A DNA stretch of 64,000 nt, taken from positions 68,676,950 through 68,740,949 of the forward strand of contig NC_068983.1 of assembly GCF_001194135.2 (NCBI RefSeq). The letters run 5' to 3'. Below, in pieces: positions 10,471 to 22,207 of the stretch. Every line of letters begins with the position of its first letter. The first letter of the stretch is position 1. The notes under the pieces are model-generated. The model saw nothing but the letters and a program-made list of their open reading frames with translations, was not told the DNA's origin and did no database searches. The translations under genes and the position numbers were made by a program. This stretch comes from Octopus bimaculoides. Taxonomy: Eukaryota.

Positions 10471-12139
10471 GTAAAGTATAATTTTTTTCAAATAGCCCCA
10501 GAAATTCATAGGGCTGGTAAGTTTCTGTGTTATTGAATAGAGGTGGATGGGATTGTTAGAGTTATGTCCCTTATGTCATTAATTGCCGTGTTTATGATTT
10601 CTAACAATTAGTGTGTTAACATTTTCGAGGAAGACGTGTAATCTCAGCTTCATGACTAGTGTCAGTTGATCCCAAATTGTGACTGGTATGCATTTTCATC
10701 GACCCAGGAAGAGGAAAATCAATGTCAACTACCGTGAAATTTTGAACATAGTATATAAAGGAACGTAACTATATAGCGTAAGGCATTTGAAAGGTTTGCA
10801 CTACTTTTCTGTCATTCTGCCATTCTTATAAATGAAATGGAAACATAATTTTTGCAGTAGAGTCTGTATTAATGAAATTTGTTAATTGGTGATAGATTGA
10901 CAGTAATGATATTTACAATGTATAATTGAAAAAAAATTTTAAAAGAAAATTTCTTTAGGCAAAGCTAACATTCTTTAGTTTAATTTTCGAATGAAGCAAG
11001 ACCTCTCATAGGCAGGGATAAATTTCTTTTGAGGATTTTAACTCTGGAATTCTTAGGTTTATATAAATTTTAATATATTTATTTGTTGATGAGAATATAT
11101 TTTATTAGCATAAATTTTTCACTGTCACTTTTCTGTTTTTTTTTTTTTTACTCTTTTACTATGCATAAATCTCAATTATCTTTAAGTCTATTTTGCTTTC
11201 TTGCCAAATGAGAAAATAGCATAAATACTCTTTGTATTCTTTATGATACATGAAAAATAAAAAGTTTCTGGCTGTAGCAAAAAGGAAAAACAAACAACTT
11301 CAAAGAATGTAGCAATGAAGATTTTATGCTGCTAAAATGTATCTTAGCCTGTTCTCATCATCATCATCATCATATGTTTATTTTCCATGCTGGCAAGAGT
11401 TGGACGGTTTGGCAGGGCGCTTGTTAGGCAGGAAACTGCACCAGGTTTCACTGTTTTGGTTGGATTTTAATGGCTGGATGCTCTTCCTAACACCAACTAC
11501 CTTACAGAATGGGCAAGCTTTAGTTTTTCAAAGCTCACTGTGTTTATAATGAGAAATCAACTTGATTTGTTAGGATTGTTTGTCCCAAACTCTGTTTACG
11601 CATCTATTACAGAAAACTTTCTAGGAAGTTCTGCTACTTATTGCCCTACTATTAGGTATGTAGATTACAGCATCCTACCCAGATACCCAGTAATATGCCT
11701 GTACTAATATTCCAGTAATATGCCTGTAATTATATTGTTATCTAGTCCAGGAAGGCACAACGTTGTCTATATCTTTATTTGAGATTGATCAAATAAGTTT
11801 TTTAGTGTTTTGGTTACATATATTGGAATATTTGATGACAGGGTCTTAGCTTTTGATGTAGGTGTAGAAGCACCATTGCAACAAACACTTTAAATTGGAA
11901 ATTTCTTAAACCTGCCAGAGCCTACTCTTCTTCAAAGAAAAATAAAACAAAGAATTGATCCCGGTTTTGACCAGGTTACTTTATTTATTGACCTTGAAAG
12001 GATAAAAGGCAAAGTTGACCTTGGTGATATTTGAAGTCAATGCATAAAGAGCCAAAATAAATACCACAAAGCATTCTGTCTTCTGCTCTAATGACTCTGC
12101 CAATTTGCTGCTTTTTATTGTAATTACCCTAATTATAGA

Positions 12140-12556
12140 GGGAACATATGGCAGGGGTAGACCCAGGAAAATGTGGAACAAAATGGTGAGAAAGGATCTA
12201 CAGATGCTGGGGTTCACAAAGGAGATGACAGGGCACTGAGATTCCTGGTGGTTTGCTGTACTTGAAGAGACACATCAGGCTAAGTAAAAGTGTGGTTGTC
12301 CTTGCATACAGGCTTGTCCCCTGCATCCCTAATCTTGCGGGCTCATAGGTACTGGTGCCATGTTAATGCACCCATGCCAGTGCTGTGTAAAAGCACTCAG
12401 TACACACTCTAAAGTGGTTGGTGTTAGGACGGGCATCCAGCCATAGAAAGCATGCCAAAACAGACATTAAGCCTGGGCAGCTCTTCAGCTGGCCAGTTCC
12501 TGTCAAACTGTTTAACCCATGCCAGCATGGAAAACAGATGTTAAATATAATGATGA
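12140..12556 (+). mobile_element. RTE 3'-end fragment (older)
   Basis: GRGRPRK-like ORF end, 3' UTR and short tail. Confidence 0.8.
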
Positions 12557-12573
12557 CTTTACTACAATTAAGT

Positions 12574-12905
12574 ATCATCATCATCGTTTAACGTCCACTT
12601 TCCATGCTAACATGGGTTGGACGATTTGACTGAGGACTGGTGAAACCAGATGGCTACACCAGGCTCCAATCTGATTTGGCAGAGTTTCTACAGCTGGATG
12701 CCCTTCCTAACGCCAACCACTCTCAGAGTGTAGTGGGTGCTTTTACGTGCCACCGGCACGAAGGCCAGTCAGGCGGTACTGGCAACGGCCACATTCGAAA
12801 TGGTGTCTTTTACGTGCCACCCGCACAGGAGCCAGTCCAGTGGCACTGGCAACGATCTCGCTCGAATCTCTTTACACGTGCCACCGGCACAAGTGCCAGG
12901 GCACA
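12574..12905 (-). mobile_element. RTE 3'-end fragment (young subfamily)
   Basis: Near-identical in reverse to 28800-29103 and 46000-46358. Confidence 0.88.
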
Positions 12906-13075
12906 GGTCTTTTTTTAAGATAGTAGGATGGGATTTATGTGAAATTAATTTGCTGTTTTTAGCAAGCCAACTGCTTGTATAGAAGTTCCTCTAATGGTTT
13001 CATTGATACTCTATTGTTAATCTATGTTGTTAATAGTTAAAATTTCTCCATCTCACTGTTGTTGATGTTCTGTAG

Positions 13076-13211
13076 GTATAATGGTGAAGTTGGAGATGTT
13101 GTTGTTGGTCGAATCATTGAAGTAGGTCAACGGCGATGGAAAGTGGATACGCATTCCAAATTGGATTCTATTTTGATGCTGTCTTCTGTAAATTTACCTG
13201 GAGGAGAATTG
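13076..13211 (+). CDS. EXOSC2: EXOSC2 exon 3 (S1 domain: YNGEVGDVVVGRIIEVGQRRWKVDTHSKLDSILMLSSVNLPGGEL)
   Basis: Acceptor ttctgtAG, 136 nt, donor GTAAGG. RRP4 S1-domain sequence. Confidence 0.97.
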
Positions 13212-13320
13212 GTAAGGGACCTTTTTTTTCTAAGTTGTTGTGAAATGTTTATAGTAATTTCTAATTTAGACACAAGTCAAATTTTGAGCTATTGTATGGT
13301 CAGTTATTTCAACGGTGGTA

Positions 13321-13559
13321 TCTCATCATCATCATTTTAATGTCCACTTTTCCATGATTGCATGGGCCATACAAAATTTGCTGAGGCTGATTTTCTACAG
13401 TTGGATACCCTTCCAGTTGCCAACCCTCACTTGTTTCCAAACATGGTAATATTCCTCATCGCCAGACATCTTTTCATGGAAAATTGGAAAGAAAGGACAC
13501 TGCTTGCATGATGGTGACATTTATTTACAACTACCATGTGATGTCAAGGCAAGGAGACA

Positions 13560-13560
<1 letters not shown>
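13321..13560 (-). mobile_element. Non-coding element sharing the RTE 3' tail (family F)
   Basis: RTE-like terminus fused to a different body. Related copies at 23087-23300 and 34079-34315. Confidence 0.65.
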
Positions 13561-13595
<35 letters not shown>

Positions 13596-13597
<2 letters not shown>

Positions 13598-13790
13598 TGG
13601 AGTACTCTGCCTTAAAGGGTTTTAGTTGAACAAATCAACCCCATGACTTATTCTTTGTAAGCGTAATACTTATTCTATCTGCCCCTTTTGCCTAACTGCT
13701 AAGTCATGGGGATGTAAACACACCAACATCAGTTGTCAAGTTATGATGGGGGGGACAAATACAGACACAAAGACACACACCTATAAATAA

Positions 13791-13824
<34 letters not shown>

Positions 13825-13985
13825 GATGGGTTTCTTTCAGTTACCGTCTACCAAATCCACTCTCAAGGTTTTAGTTGGCCGAAGGCTATAGTAAAAGACA
13901 CTTGCCCTAGGTGCTATGCAGTGGGACTGAACCTTGTAACCATGTGGTTGGGAAGCAAGCTTCTTAGCATACAGCCATGCCTATA
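13596..13985 (-). mobile_element. SINE family A (tRNA head, central microsatellite, 3' module)
   Basis: Matches the copies at 17765-18172, 44420-45476 and 60930-61251. Confidence 0.8.
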
Positions 13986-14217
13986 AAATGTATATATGTG
14001 CTTGTGAGTATATTTGTATAATAACAAGTAAGGGGTGGAAACAAAGCCAGTCTGACATGCTTACTGTGAGATTGCTTTCTTTTGCCGAACAGAATAGCAG
14101 TTAAATTAGTGGTGATGATGATGGTTGTTGTTGTTGTTGTTAATGTCTTTCAAGAAGAGACCTGCAACATGATTAAGTTTTGATGGTTTTTAATTTTCAT
14201 TCCTTTTTTTCATGCAG

Positions 14218-14283
14218 AGACGAAGGTCAGAAGAAGATGAGAAGATGATGCGACATTACTTAAAAGAGAATGATCTCATCAGT
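14218..14283 (+). CDS. EXOSC2: EXOSC2 exon 4 (RRRSEEDEKMMRHYLKENDLIS)
   Basis: Acceptor catgcAG, 66 nt, RRRS.EDE..MR..L.E.DLIS motif. Followed by a U12-type donor. Confidence 0.95.
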
Positions 14284-14293
14284 GTATCCTTTC
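14284..14293 (+). promoter_or_regulatory. U12-type 5' splice site GTATCCTTTC
   Basis: Exact match to the minor-spliceosome RTATCCTTT consensus at the end of exon 4. Confidence 0.92.
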
Positions 14294-14429
14294 TTTCTTT
14301 GCTTTTCTTTTCTGGTTGTATCACAATTTCACTTTGTTGGTTTACTGATCTGTTGGCTTATTTCTTTGTTTATTTATTGGATTTTTTTGTATTGATTTGT
14401 TGTGTTATTTGTTCATTATTGTCATCATT

Positions 14430-14620
14430 TAGCCATAGGTCAGCCTTTATGAAACAGATCCATGATCAAAAGCATTCCTGTTGTGATGAGCCAATCTTTC
14501 TGCTCAGGTCAATATCTAATGTGTCCTTTTGTTTTTTTAAGAAGACAGGTGTAATTTGAGGGAGATGTAGTTGCTATTTCTTTAATATCAAGTGGCCATA
14601 CTGAGGCTCACTTGTTGGCT
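14430..14620 (+). repeat. Short interspersed repeat family G
   Basis: Motif GATCAAAAGCATTCC...GATTTGAGGGAGAT..GCTATTTCT recurs at about 19590-19770, 20400-20585, 20690-20955, and reversed near 41950, 51390 and 55070. Confidence 0.6.
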
Positions 14621-14734
14621 TGATTGGTTTGGCAGATTTCTTATAGTTCTTTAACCCAGGTCAGCCTAGCTTATGGTCAAAAGCATTACAACCATGACTA
14701 TCTCACCTTTTAATACATCTACCATTGTCCAATG

Positions 14735-14988
14735 TAAAGTAAAAGTTAAGTTTCCTTCTCGAGTCATGCTGACTCATAAGGGCTGGTTTCCATGACGTAT
14801 AAATTCCCCACCTGGATGGGACACTGGTCCATCACAGGATTACTCACTTTTGCCAGCTGAGTGAATTGAAGCAACATGAAATGAAGTGTTTTGCTCAAGA
14901 ACACAACACATCACTCAGTCCAGGAATCGAAACCACAATCTCATGATGATGAGTCCAACACCCTAACCACTAAGCTGTGTGCCTCCAC
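14735..14988 (-). mobile_element. tRNA-derived SINE (family B-related head)
   Basis: Reverse tRNA-like head GCTTAGTGGTTAGGG...GGTTTCGATTCC and a CACTCAGCTG core. Confidence 0.7.
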
Positions 14989-15639
14989 CATTGTACAATA
15001 TACATTATTTATACTCATATATGAGTTGCAGTGGTAGACAAGTCAGCCTCTATTCTCGTCTTATGTTTATAATTTGTTTTGGGTATGACCATGATTTTAA
15101 ACTGTAACTGGTAGTGGGGCCCTAGTTCAGGGTTTCAGGATTTTGAGGAGTGTGGAACCACCATTTAGCCACTATTGTTTCCTGGTCTACTCTGACCTGA
15201 AATGGTAGCACTTAACAGGGCCCCAGCTGTGGGTTAATTAGCATATTAGGGCTTCATTGTTTATGCATGTGAAGACTGGATTTGGTGGATTCTACAGAAG
15301 AAACCTTCATGGTTCAACAGAGGGAACTGTGGCTGCTGCAATACATCGTGGAGTGCAGAGAGCAAGATGATTTAAGTAAGACCTCTTGGTTATCATCCAC
15401 TGCGTCTGTCTCTGTCCCAAGTTATCTTGACCTGGTTTTGTTACTCGGTTGAAGATGGTCATGGCTGAGAGGGAGGCTGACAGTGCATGGCTCTTCTTCA
15501 TTTTAAACAAAATCACTGAGCAAGTCATCAGTAATCCATAAGGATGACTAGATATGTCTCATTGCTCCAGTGGATGGACACGATATGTTTATAATATTTT
15601 GTATTCAGCCTTTGACACATGTAACTTTTCATTTGTGGC

Positions 15640-15866
15640 TGCACCATGCACAAAGCACCTGTGTCAATGCTATGTAAAGGCACCTGTGCTGTCACCCAGT
15701 ATATTCTGTAAAGTGGTTGGCATTAGGAAGGGCAACCAGCCATAGAAACCATGCCAAAAAGACCCCCAGCCAACTAGAACCTGGTACTGTCCTCTGGCTT
15801 GCCAGCTCCTGACCATCCAACCCATGCCAGCATGGAAAATGGGTGTAAAATGATGATGATGATGAT
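15640..15866 (+). mobile_element. RTE 3'-end fragment
   Basis: Family 3' UTR and (GAT)n tail. Confidence 0.8.
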
Positions 15867-16734
15867 TAAAATAAACATATTTAGCTGCTATGAAGGTAGG
15901 TTGGTCATGGTGACATAAGTAAGCTGCCTTATATAGTCAATGTGCCACTGGTATGCTGGTATGTATGTTGATGCTTATTGATCCAAGCTCAGGGCAAGGA
16001 TTTGTAGATAAGTCATGGAAGTTTTTATTTTATTGTGTCTCTTTATTGAGGAAAAGACTGTAACTTCTTGAGAAATATAAGTAGTACTTCTCTATGAAAG
16101 GTGGTAAACTGTAGTTTCTGAAGGCATGTAGCCTAGTGGATAAATTATTGGGATCTCTATCATTAGGTCATGGGTTCTATTCTCAGGCAGGGCTGTGCTT
16201 TGTGTCCTTGAGTATAGTATTTCATTTCATGTTTCTCCAGGACACTTAGCTGAAAAAGAGGACCTTCTGGGGGTTGTTGTTGTTGTTGGTGGGTGGGTGT
16301 TTGGGTTAACTTTGCAATGGATTAGCATCTTGTTCAGGCAGGCATCTTGTACTTTCAGCCTAAATGCCTTGAAAATCCAGATAATTCTGACATTATGAGC
16401 CTGTTGGCTCAAAGCATACTCCCTACTCTCAAACAAGGACCCTATGATTTGAGGAAGATTGGGCTACTATTTCCAGTAAGTTGATTGACCATGTAGAGGC
16501 TTCAGGGAACGTTTGAAAATCATATGTGGCTCTTAACAATTAAAGAGTTAAAACATTTATGAAATAATTTGAATGAACTTTATTAAAACTACATTTATAA
16601 TATCTACAGTTAGGTTTTATGAGCCCATCATTACTACTGGATTCACTGGTGGAAAATGGTCACATTTCTGTTCATGAATCTCAAACACCATTCAGTTGAA
16701 ATATGAAACTTTTAATTACTTAATATATATATAT

Positions 16735-17415
16735 ACTTGAAGAGGTGTGTATGGGGGTGTGATTGTGCTGACAATGTTATATGGTGCAGAGACGTGGGGG
16801 CTGAAAGAGGTGGAAAGGAAGCGACTAGATGTGTTTGAGATGAGATGTTTGAGGGCTATGGTTGGTGTGACATGGATGGACAGGATGAGGAATGAGGAGG
16901 TGCGAAGGTGAGCCAAAATGAGAGAAAAACTAACAACCAAAATGGATAGACGAATGTTGAGGTGGTTTGGCCACATGGAGTGGATGGAGGAGAAGTGAGT
17001 GGTAAGGTGGGTGATGAAGGCAGAAGTGGTAGGCAACAGAACCAGAGGCAGACCTCAGTTTGTGTGGATGGATGGAGTGAGGAAAGGTTTGGTAGTTAGA
17101 GGTGTTGGAGTGAGAGAGGCAAGGGAATTTATAAATGATAGGAAAGCTTGGAGAGTGTTTGTGGATGGATGAAGGAATTTTGATGTTGCTCAAAGGGGTA
17201 TGGAACCAGCATGATGTGGCAGGGGTAAACCAGCATATGCTGTTGGGCCCCGCTGCTGATATTGGGGGTTGCATTCTATGCCTTGACCCGAGCATAGGAC
17301 GGGGCTCGCCTCTTTGAGCTGAGAAATGAATGGAATGCCTGGTGTGTGTCTTGTGGCTACCCACTCCTAAAAAAATGGGGGATAGGCCTGGGTATATGTA
17401 TGTATGTATGTATTC
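16735..17415 (+). mobile_element. RTE-clade LINE 3' fragment of a distinct lineage with (TATG)n tail
   Basis: MLYGAETWGLKEVERKRLDVFEMRCLR...LRWFGHME...RGRPQFVWMDGV; tail TATGTATGTATG. Confidence 0.8.
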
Positions 17416-17764
17416 ATGTGTAGTTCTAATGTTTTTGTCCATTCATTTGTAATTCATGTGTCCAAATAGATAAATCTTTCTCCAGTTACTTTTATGGACA
17501 GCAATTTAGCACATTTTAATTTATTTTGCAGTCTCAAGTGTCTCTTGTTTCTGTCCTTCACAAATTTTTCTGACACACAAAATGCTGTCTCAGCATTATG
17601 ATTTCCATGCCTTTCAACATATCATTAATATACAACTTAAAAACCAGCCTCATAACTTTAGTTTTTGGTATTCATGGTTTTGTTTTGTTCTTTTTTTTTT
17701 TTTGTCACATTTTTCTTTTAAAAGTTGAATGTATTTTTCATCACTTTTGTCAACAAATTTGTGC

Positions 17765-18172
17765 GTATCTTTTATCTTTTACTTATTTCAGTTTGCCTGC
17801 AGCTATGCTGGGGCACTGCTTTGAAGGGATTTTCTAGTCGAACAAATTGACCCCAGGACTTATTTTTTAAAGCCTAGTACTTATTCTATTGCTCTCTTTT
17901 GCCAAACCACTAAGTTATAGGGATGTAAACAAATCAATACCAGTTATCAAGCGGTGTTGAAGGGAAAAACACAGACACAAAGATAGATAGACAGACACAC
18001 ATATACGACAGGCTTCATTGAGTTTCCATCTCCCAGATCCAGTCACAAGGCTTTGGTTGGCCTGAGGCTATAGCAGAAGGCACTTGTCCAAGGTGCCATG
18101 CAGTGGGACTGAACCCGGAACCTTGTGGTTGGACAGCAAGCTTCTTACCACACAGCCATGCCTATGCCTATA
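17765..18172 (-). mobile_element. SINE family A
   Basis: Head on minus GGCATGGCTGTGTGGTAAG...GGGTTCAGTCCC; full 3' module. Confidence 0.82.
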
Positions 18173-21112
18173 AGGGCTAAAAGTTTATATGAAGCAACAT
18201 AGCATGCATTTCATCACACATTGACACATTTGTTCTGTAGCAAAATTAAGCTCAGTTAATGTAAGTCAGAGTTTGATTACAAATTGTGAATTTTAAATAT
18301 ATAATTGCCTTCCTATCACTTCCTGCTCATCCATGGAATAATGGTATCTGTTCTCATACAAGTTGTGTTCCTTGCTCTACTGACATAACAAAATTGCTTT
18401 AGTAGTAAATAACATTTGAACTGACAATATCCTGCTACTCTTCCTACTCTTAAATCTCTCAACTATGAAGTGGTGCTGGAACATGTTTGTCACCAATAAA
18501 GACTGGCAAATAGAGTTGAATGACTTGCTCAATGTTTTTAAACAATTATTGCACAGCTGGTTTTATGTTAAGTCATCTAGTATCTTGTTCTCTGTTACAC
18601 TCTAAACAGAAGAATTTCATGTTGAAAATGGAGTCCATGTTGCCAGATTTAAAGATAGCATATGTAATTGCTAAACAAGCGTTACTGAACTAGGTATCTC
18701 AAAGCATCTAGTTTGACCTTTTCCCATGCTTGTGTCAGCTCTTCAGCAACAATTTAACAAAGATTAATTTTATCTGTAGTTCAACATTGAGAAATAACCT
18801 ACTTTCCTTAGATTGTCATATTATTCAAAAGGCAAATCTTTCATCCACTTAAAATCTTTATATATTCCTTTAAATATCTTTTATTTCAGTCTGTCTCTAT
18901 ATCATCATCAATAGGTTGGGCTTTTGATAGTTGACAACTAAATGGATAGATGAGGTTGATTGACCATGTAGAGGCTTCAGGGAACGTTTGAGAATCATAT
19001 GTGGCTCTTAACAATTAAAGAGTTAAAACATTTATGAAATAATTTGAATGAACTTTATTAAAACTACATTTATAATATCTATAGTTGGGAAATAACCTAT
19101 AAGCTGTGTGCTTGTGAGCATGCACACATTTTTGTAAGAAAGGTAATAAATTTTCATGGTGCTCTAGCATGGCCACAGTCAAATGACTGAAACAAATAAA
19201 AGAATAAAAGAGTAAGATGAATTCAAATTTTTTTTAATTGGAAATATTTTAGTGATCATTACTTGCATGGATGTGTACCTACTTTGCAGAGAAAATTAAA
19301 ATTTGCACTCAGTGCATATTTCTGTGCATACCCCAGCAAAAAAATTATGCTCATGGCATAGGCACAGCTAAGTAAGGCATTGCTCATGTAAGCACATTGC
19401 TCATGGCATAGGCAAAGCTAATGCAGTTTGGGTGCTATACGCCCCCCCCCCCTCGCTCAGACAGTATTAAAATTTATTAAGGAAACATTATTAATGAAGT
19501 TACTCTAAAGTGTTGGCTTGTTAATTCGGCAATGTTTTGAAATATTACCTATGATGTTGTGTGACATACCTTTCAGAGTTGTTATTGTTTAGGTCCAAGT
19601 AAACCCTGCAGGACAAAGCTATGATCAAAGAATTCCAACCATGACCCTCCTGTATTTTTAGAGGTATCTAGGACTGCACTATCTAATGTGTCCTGTTTTT
19701 TTAAGAGTTAGGGTGTACTTTTAAGATTTAATCTGTTGTTTTTAGCTAGTTCAGCAACTATATTAAGGTCCTCTTTGGGCCCATCACAGTGGAACTATCA
19801 AGTAGGAGTTTCTTGAAAGTGAAGTTTAGGAACGGTGAATACAAATACAAAAAAAAGTGGTTTGGGGAATTATTGATGTTGATCTTTTACTCTGAATACC
19901 ATGTGGTACAGGTGCATACTGCACACTCTGCCATGCAACAGTTGATCAAGTAAGATGCAGCATGAGAGTCAAATCATGTTGCAGCTGTCCTTCATTGTTT
20001 AAGATGTTTTAAAGAAGATAAGGCTGCTATTTTCAGCAGGTTTAGCAATAACATAGAAGTTCCATGATTGGCAAAATTAAAAGAGAGAGTCAGGTAAAAT
20101 AAATGTTATATTTCCATTTCTTTAGTCTCTTAGCTTAAATCCTGTTGGGGCTGTTTTTCTGTTTGTATTTGGATGGGAGAAATAAGGCTTTTAAGAGTGT
20201 ATCCCAGATTTATTAGAGCTGATGGCTTTTATAATTGATTTATTGGTTTAGATGTGGTTTTGTAAACTAACTCTTTATTAAATCATTGACTCAGTAGCAA
20301 GGTCTATATTCTCTACTCTATTTGATTGAAACAAAAAGTACAGTTTACCTTGCCAAAATGTATACTGTAATATCTATTTGTTATTTTGTGGTTGTTTAGT
20401 TCCAGGTCACCCTGATCAAGCAGACTTACAATCAGAGACATTCTAATCATGCTCTTTCTGTCTTTTTATAGTATATCTAAGACTTCTACATTATTCAATA
20501 TGTTCCCACTTCTTTTTAAGATTGCTGAGGGAAATTTGGTTGCTATTTCTAGATGGTCAAAAACTCATGTAGAGGTTCTTACTTGTTCATCTGTCAGTTT
20601 GTGTTAAACCCTTGATCATTATGTCAATTATTCTAGCCATTGTTTCATGTTCTATGTAATTTCTTTAGTGTGTGTTGTTTATCTTTGGTCAGGGAGACCT
20701 GTTATCAAAAGCATTCTAACCATGACCAACCCATCTATTTTTTCAAGCAAAGTTTACTCTGGACTACATTAACTTATAGTTTTGCTGCATTTAAACTGGC
20801 CATACCTGGCCCAAATATTCTACATGTTTTGTATTCAAAACAATGTAAATAAATAAGCATTACAATCGACAGAATAATTTAAATGCTAAAGTGTTAAGGT
20901 GTGATTTGAGGGGAAATTTGTAGGAAGTCAAGTGGCTACATATAGGCCCTCTCCCACTTGTAACCTTGTTCACTCTGTGGTCTTAATCTTTGCTATCAAC
21001 TGGAAATATATGACTTTAATGCAAGAATTTTGTTAAGTGTAAATTGCAACTTCATGCTTCAGTTGATCTTGACCAAGTGTATAACTTGTTTCTCTGTCTG
21101 TCTGTTTGTTCC

Positions 21113-21129
21113 TCCTTAACTGGCCGAAG
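21113..21129 (+). promoter_or_regulatory. U12-type branch point TCCTTAAC and 3' splice site (GAAG)
   Basis: TCCTTAAC at 21113-21120 ends 9 nt before the intron end. There is no polypyrimidine tract between branch point and AG. Confidence 0.92.
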
Positions 21130-21198
21130 GCTGAAGTACATTCAGTGTTCTCTGATGGGTCCTTGTCTTTACATACTCGCAGTCTCAAGTATGGCAAG
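21130..21198 (+). CDS. EXOSC2: EXOSC2 exon 5 (AEVHSVFSDGSLSLHTRSLKYGK)
   Basis: 69 nt, conserved AEV..VFSDG..SLHTRSLKYGK, donor GTGAGT. Confidence 0.96.
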
Positions 21199-22176
21199 GT
21201 GAGTGAGATTTTTAAATGATCCATATTCCTATGTATATAACTGTCCTCTTTATTTACCCTGCTTTTCTCCCTTTTTTTCCTGTCTTTTTATTTTTTACTT
21301 GTTTCAGTCACCGGGTTGCTTTCATGTTGGGGCTCTGCCTTGAAGGGGTTTTAGTTGAACAAATTGAACCCAATACTTCGTGTTTTTGAAAGTCTGATAT
21401 TTATTCTGTCAGTCTCTTTTTCTGAACCGCTAAGTTACGAAGATATAAACAAACCAACACTGGTTATCAAGCAGTGGTGGCAGGCAAACACATGCACAGA
21501 GACACACACATACTATAGTCACCTCTATCCCATCTGTAACTATCCTCACATTCCCATGAAACTTGTGCTCTGTTCCCCTCTTGCCCTCTCACCCTGTACA
21601 ATCTGCTGTATCACTTCAACTATATNNNNNNNNNNNNNNNCACACACATACACTGTACCATAACCCTTTCGTTACCAACCTGGCTGAAACCAGCTCTGGC
21701 TCTGAGTACAAATGTCTTGTTTTCATAAGTTTTGAATTAAAATCTTCCACCAAACCTTAGTCACAATTTATGTTCCTAACACTAGCTGAATGATAACTAA
21801 GTTATTTTACTAAATTCTTTGTTATATCTAAATTAAAAGAAACACAGAGCATCTCAAAATAAATCCAGTAACAAAAGGGTTAAGGGTATGTCCTGACGTA
21901 TTCACAACCATCTATCTTCCCCTTTCCAGCTATTTGAAGGGATTTTGTCTTGCAAGTTACTTGGTGACCCCCACCACTGATGCTAGTGCCATGAAAAAAG
22001 CACCTGGAACACTCTGTAAGTGTTAAGTAGGGTATCCAACCTTAGAAACCATGTCAAAACAGACAATAGTGTTTGGCACAGTCCTCTGGTTTACCAGCTC
22101 GTTAGATTGTGCAACCCATGCTGGCATGGAAAACGGATGATGTATACATATACATACAAACATTATATATATGTAC

Positions 22177-22207
<31 letters not shown>

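Larger units (their letters stand above)
16480..19086 (+). repeat. 132-bp near-identical direct repeat (16480-16611 and 18955-19086)
   Basis: Only two mismatches found by eye. Confidence 0.9.
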
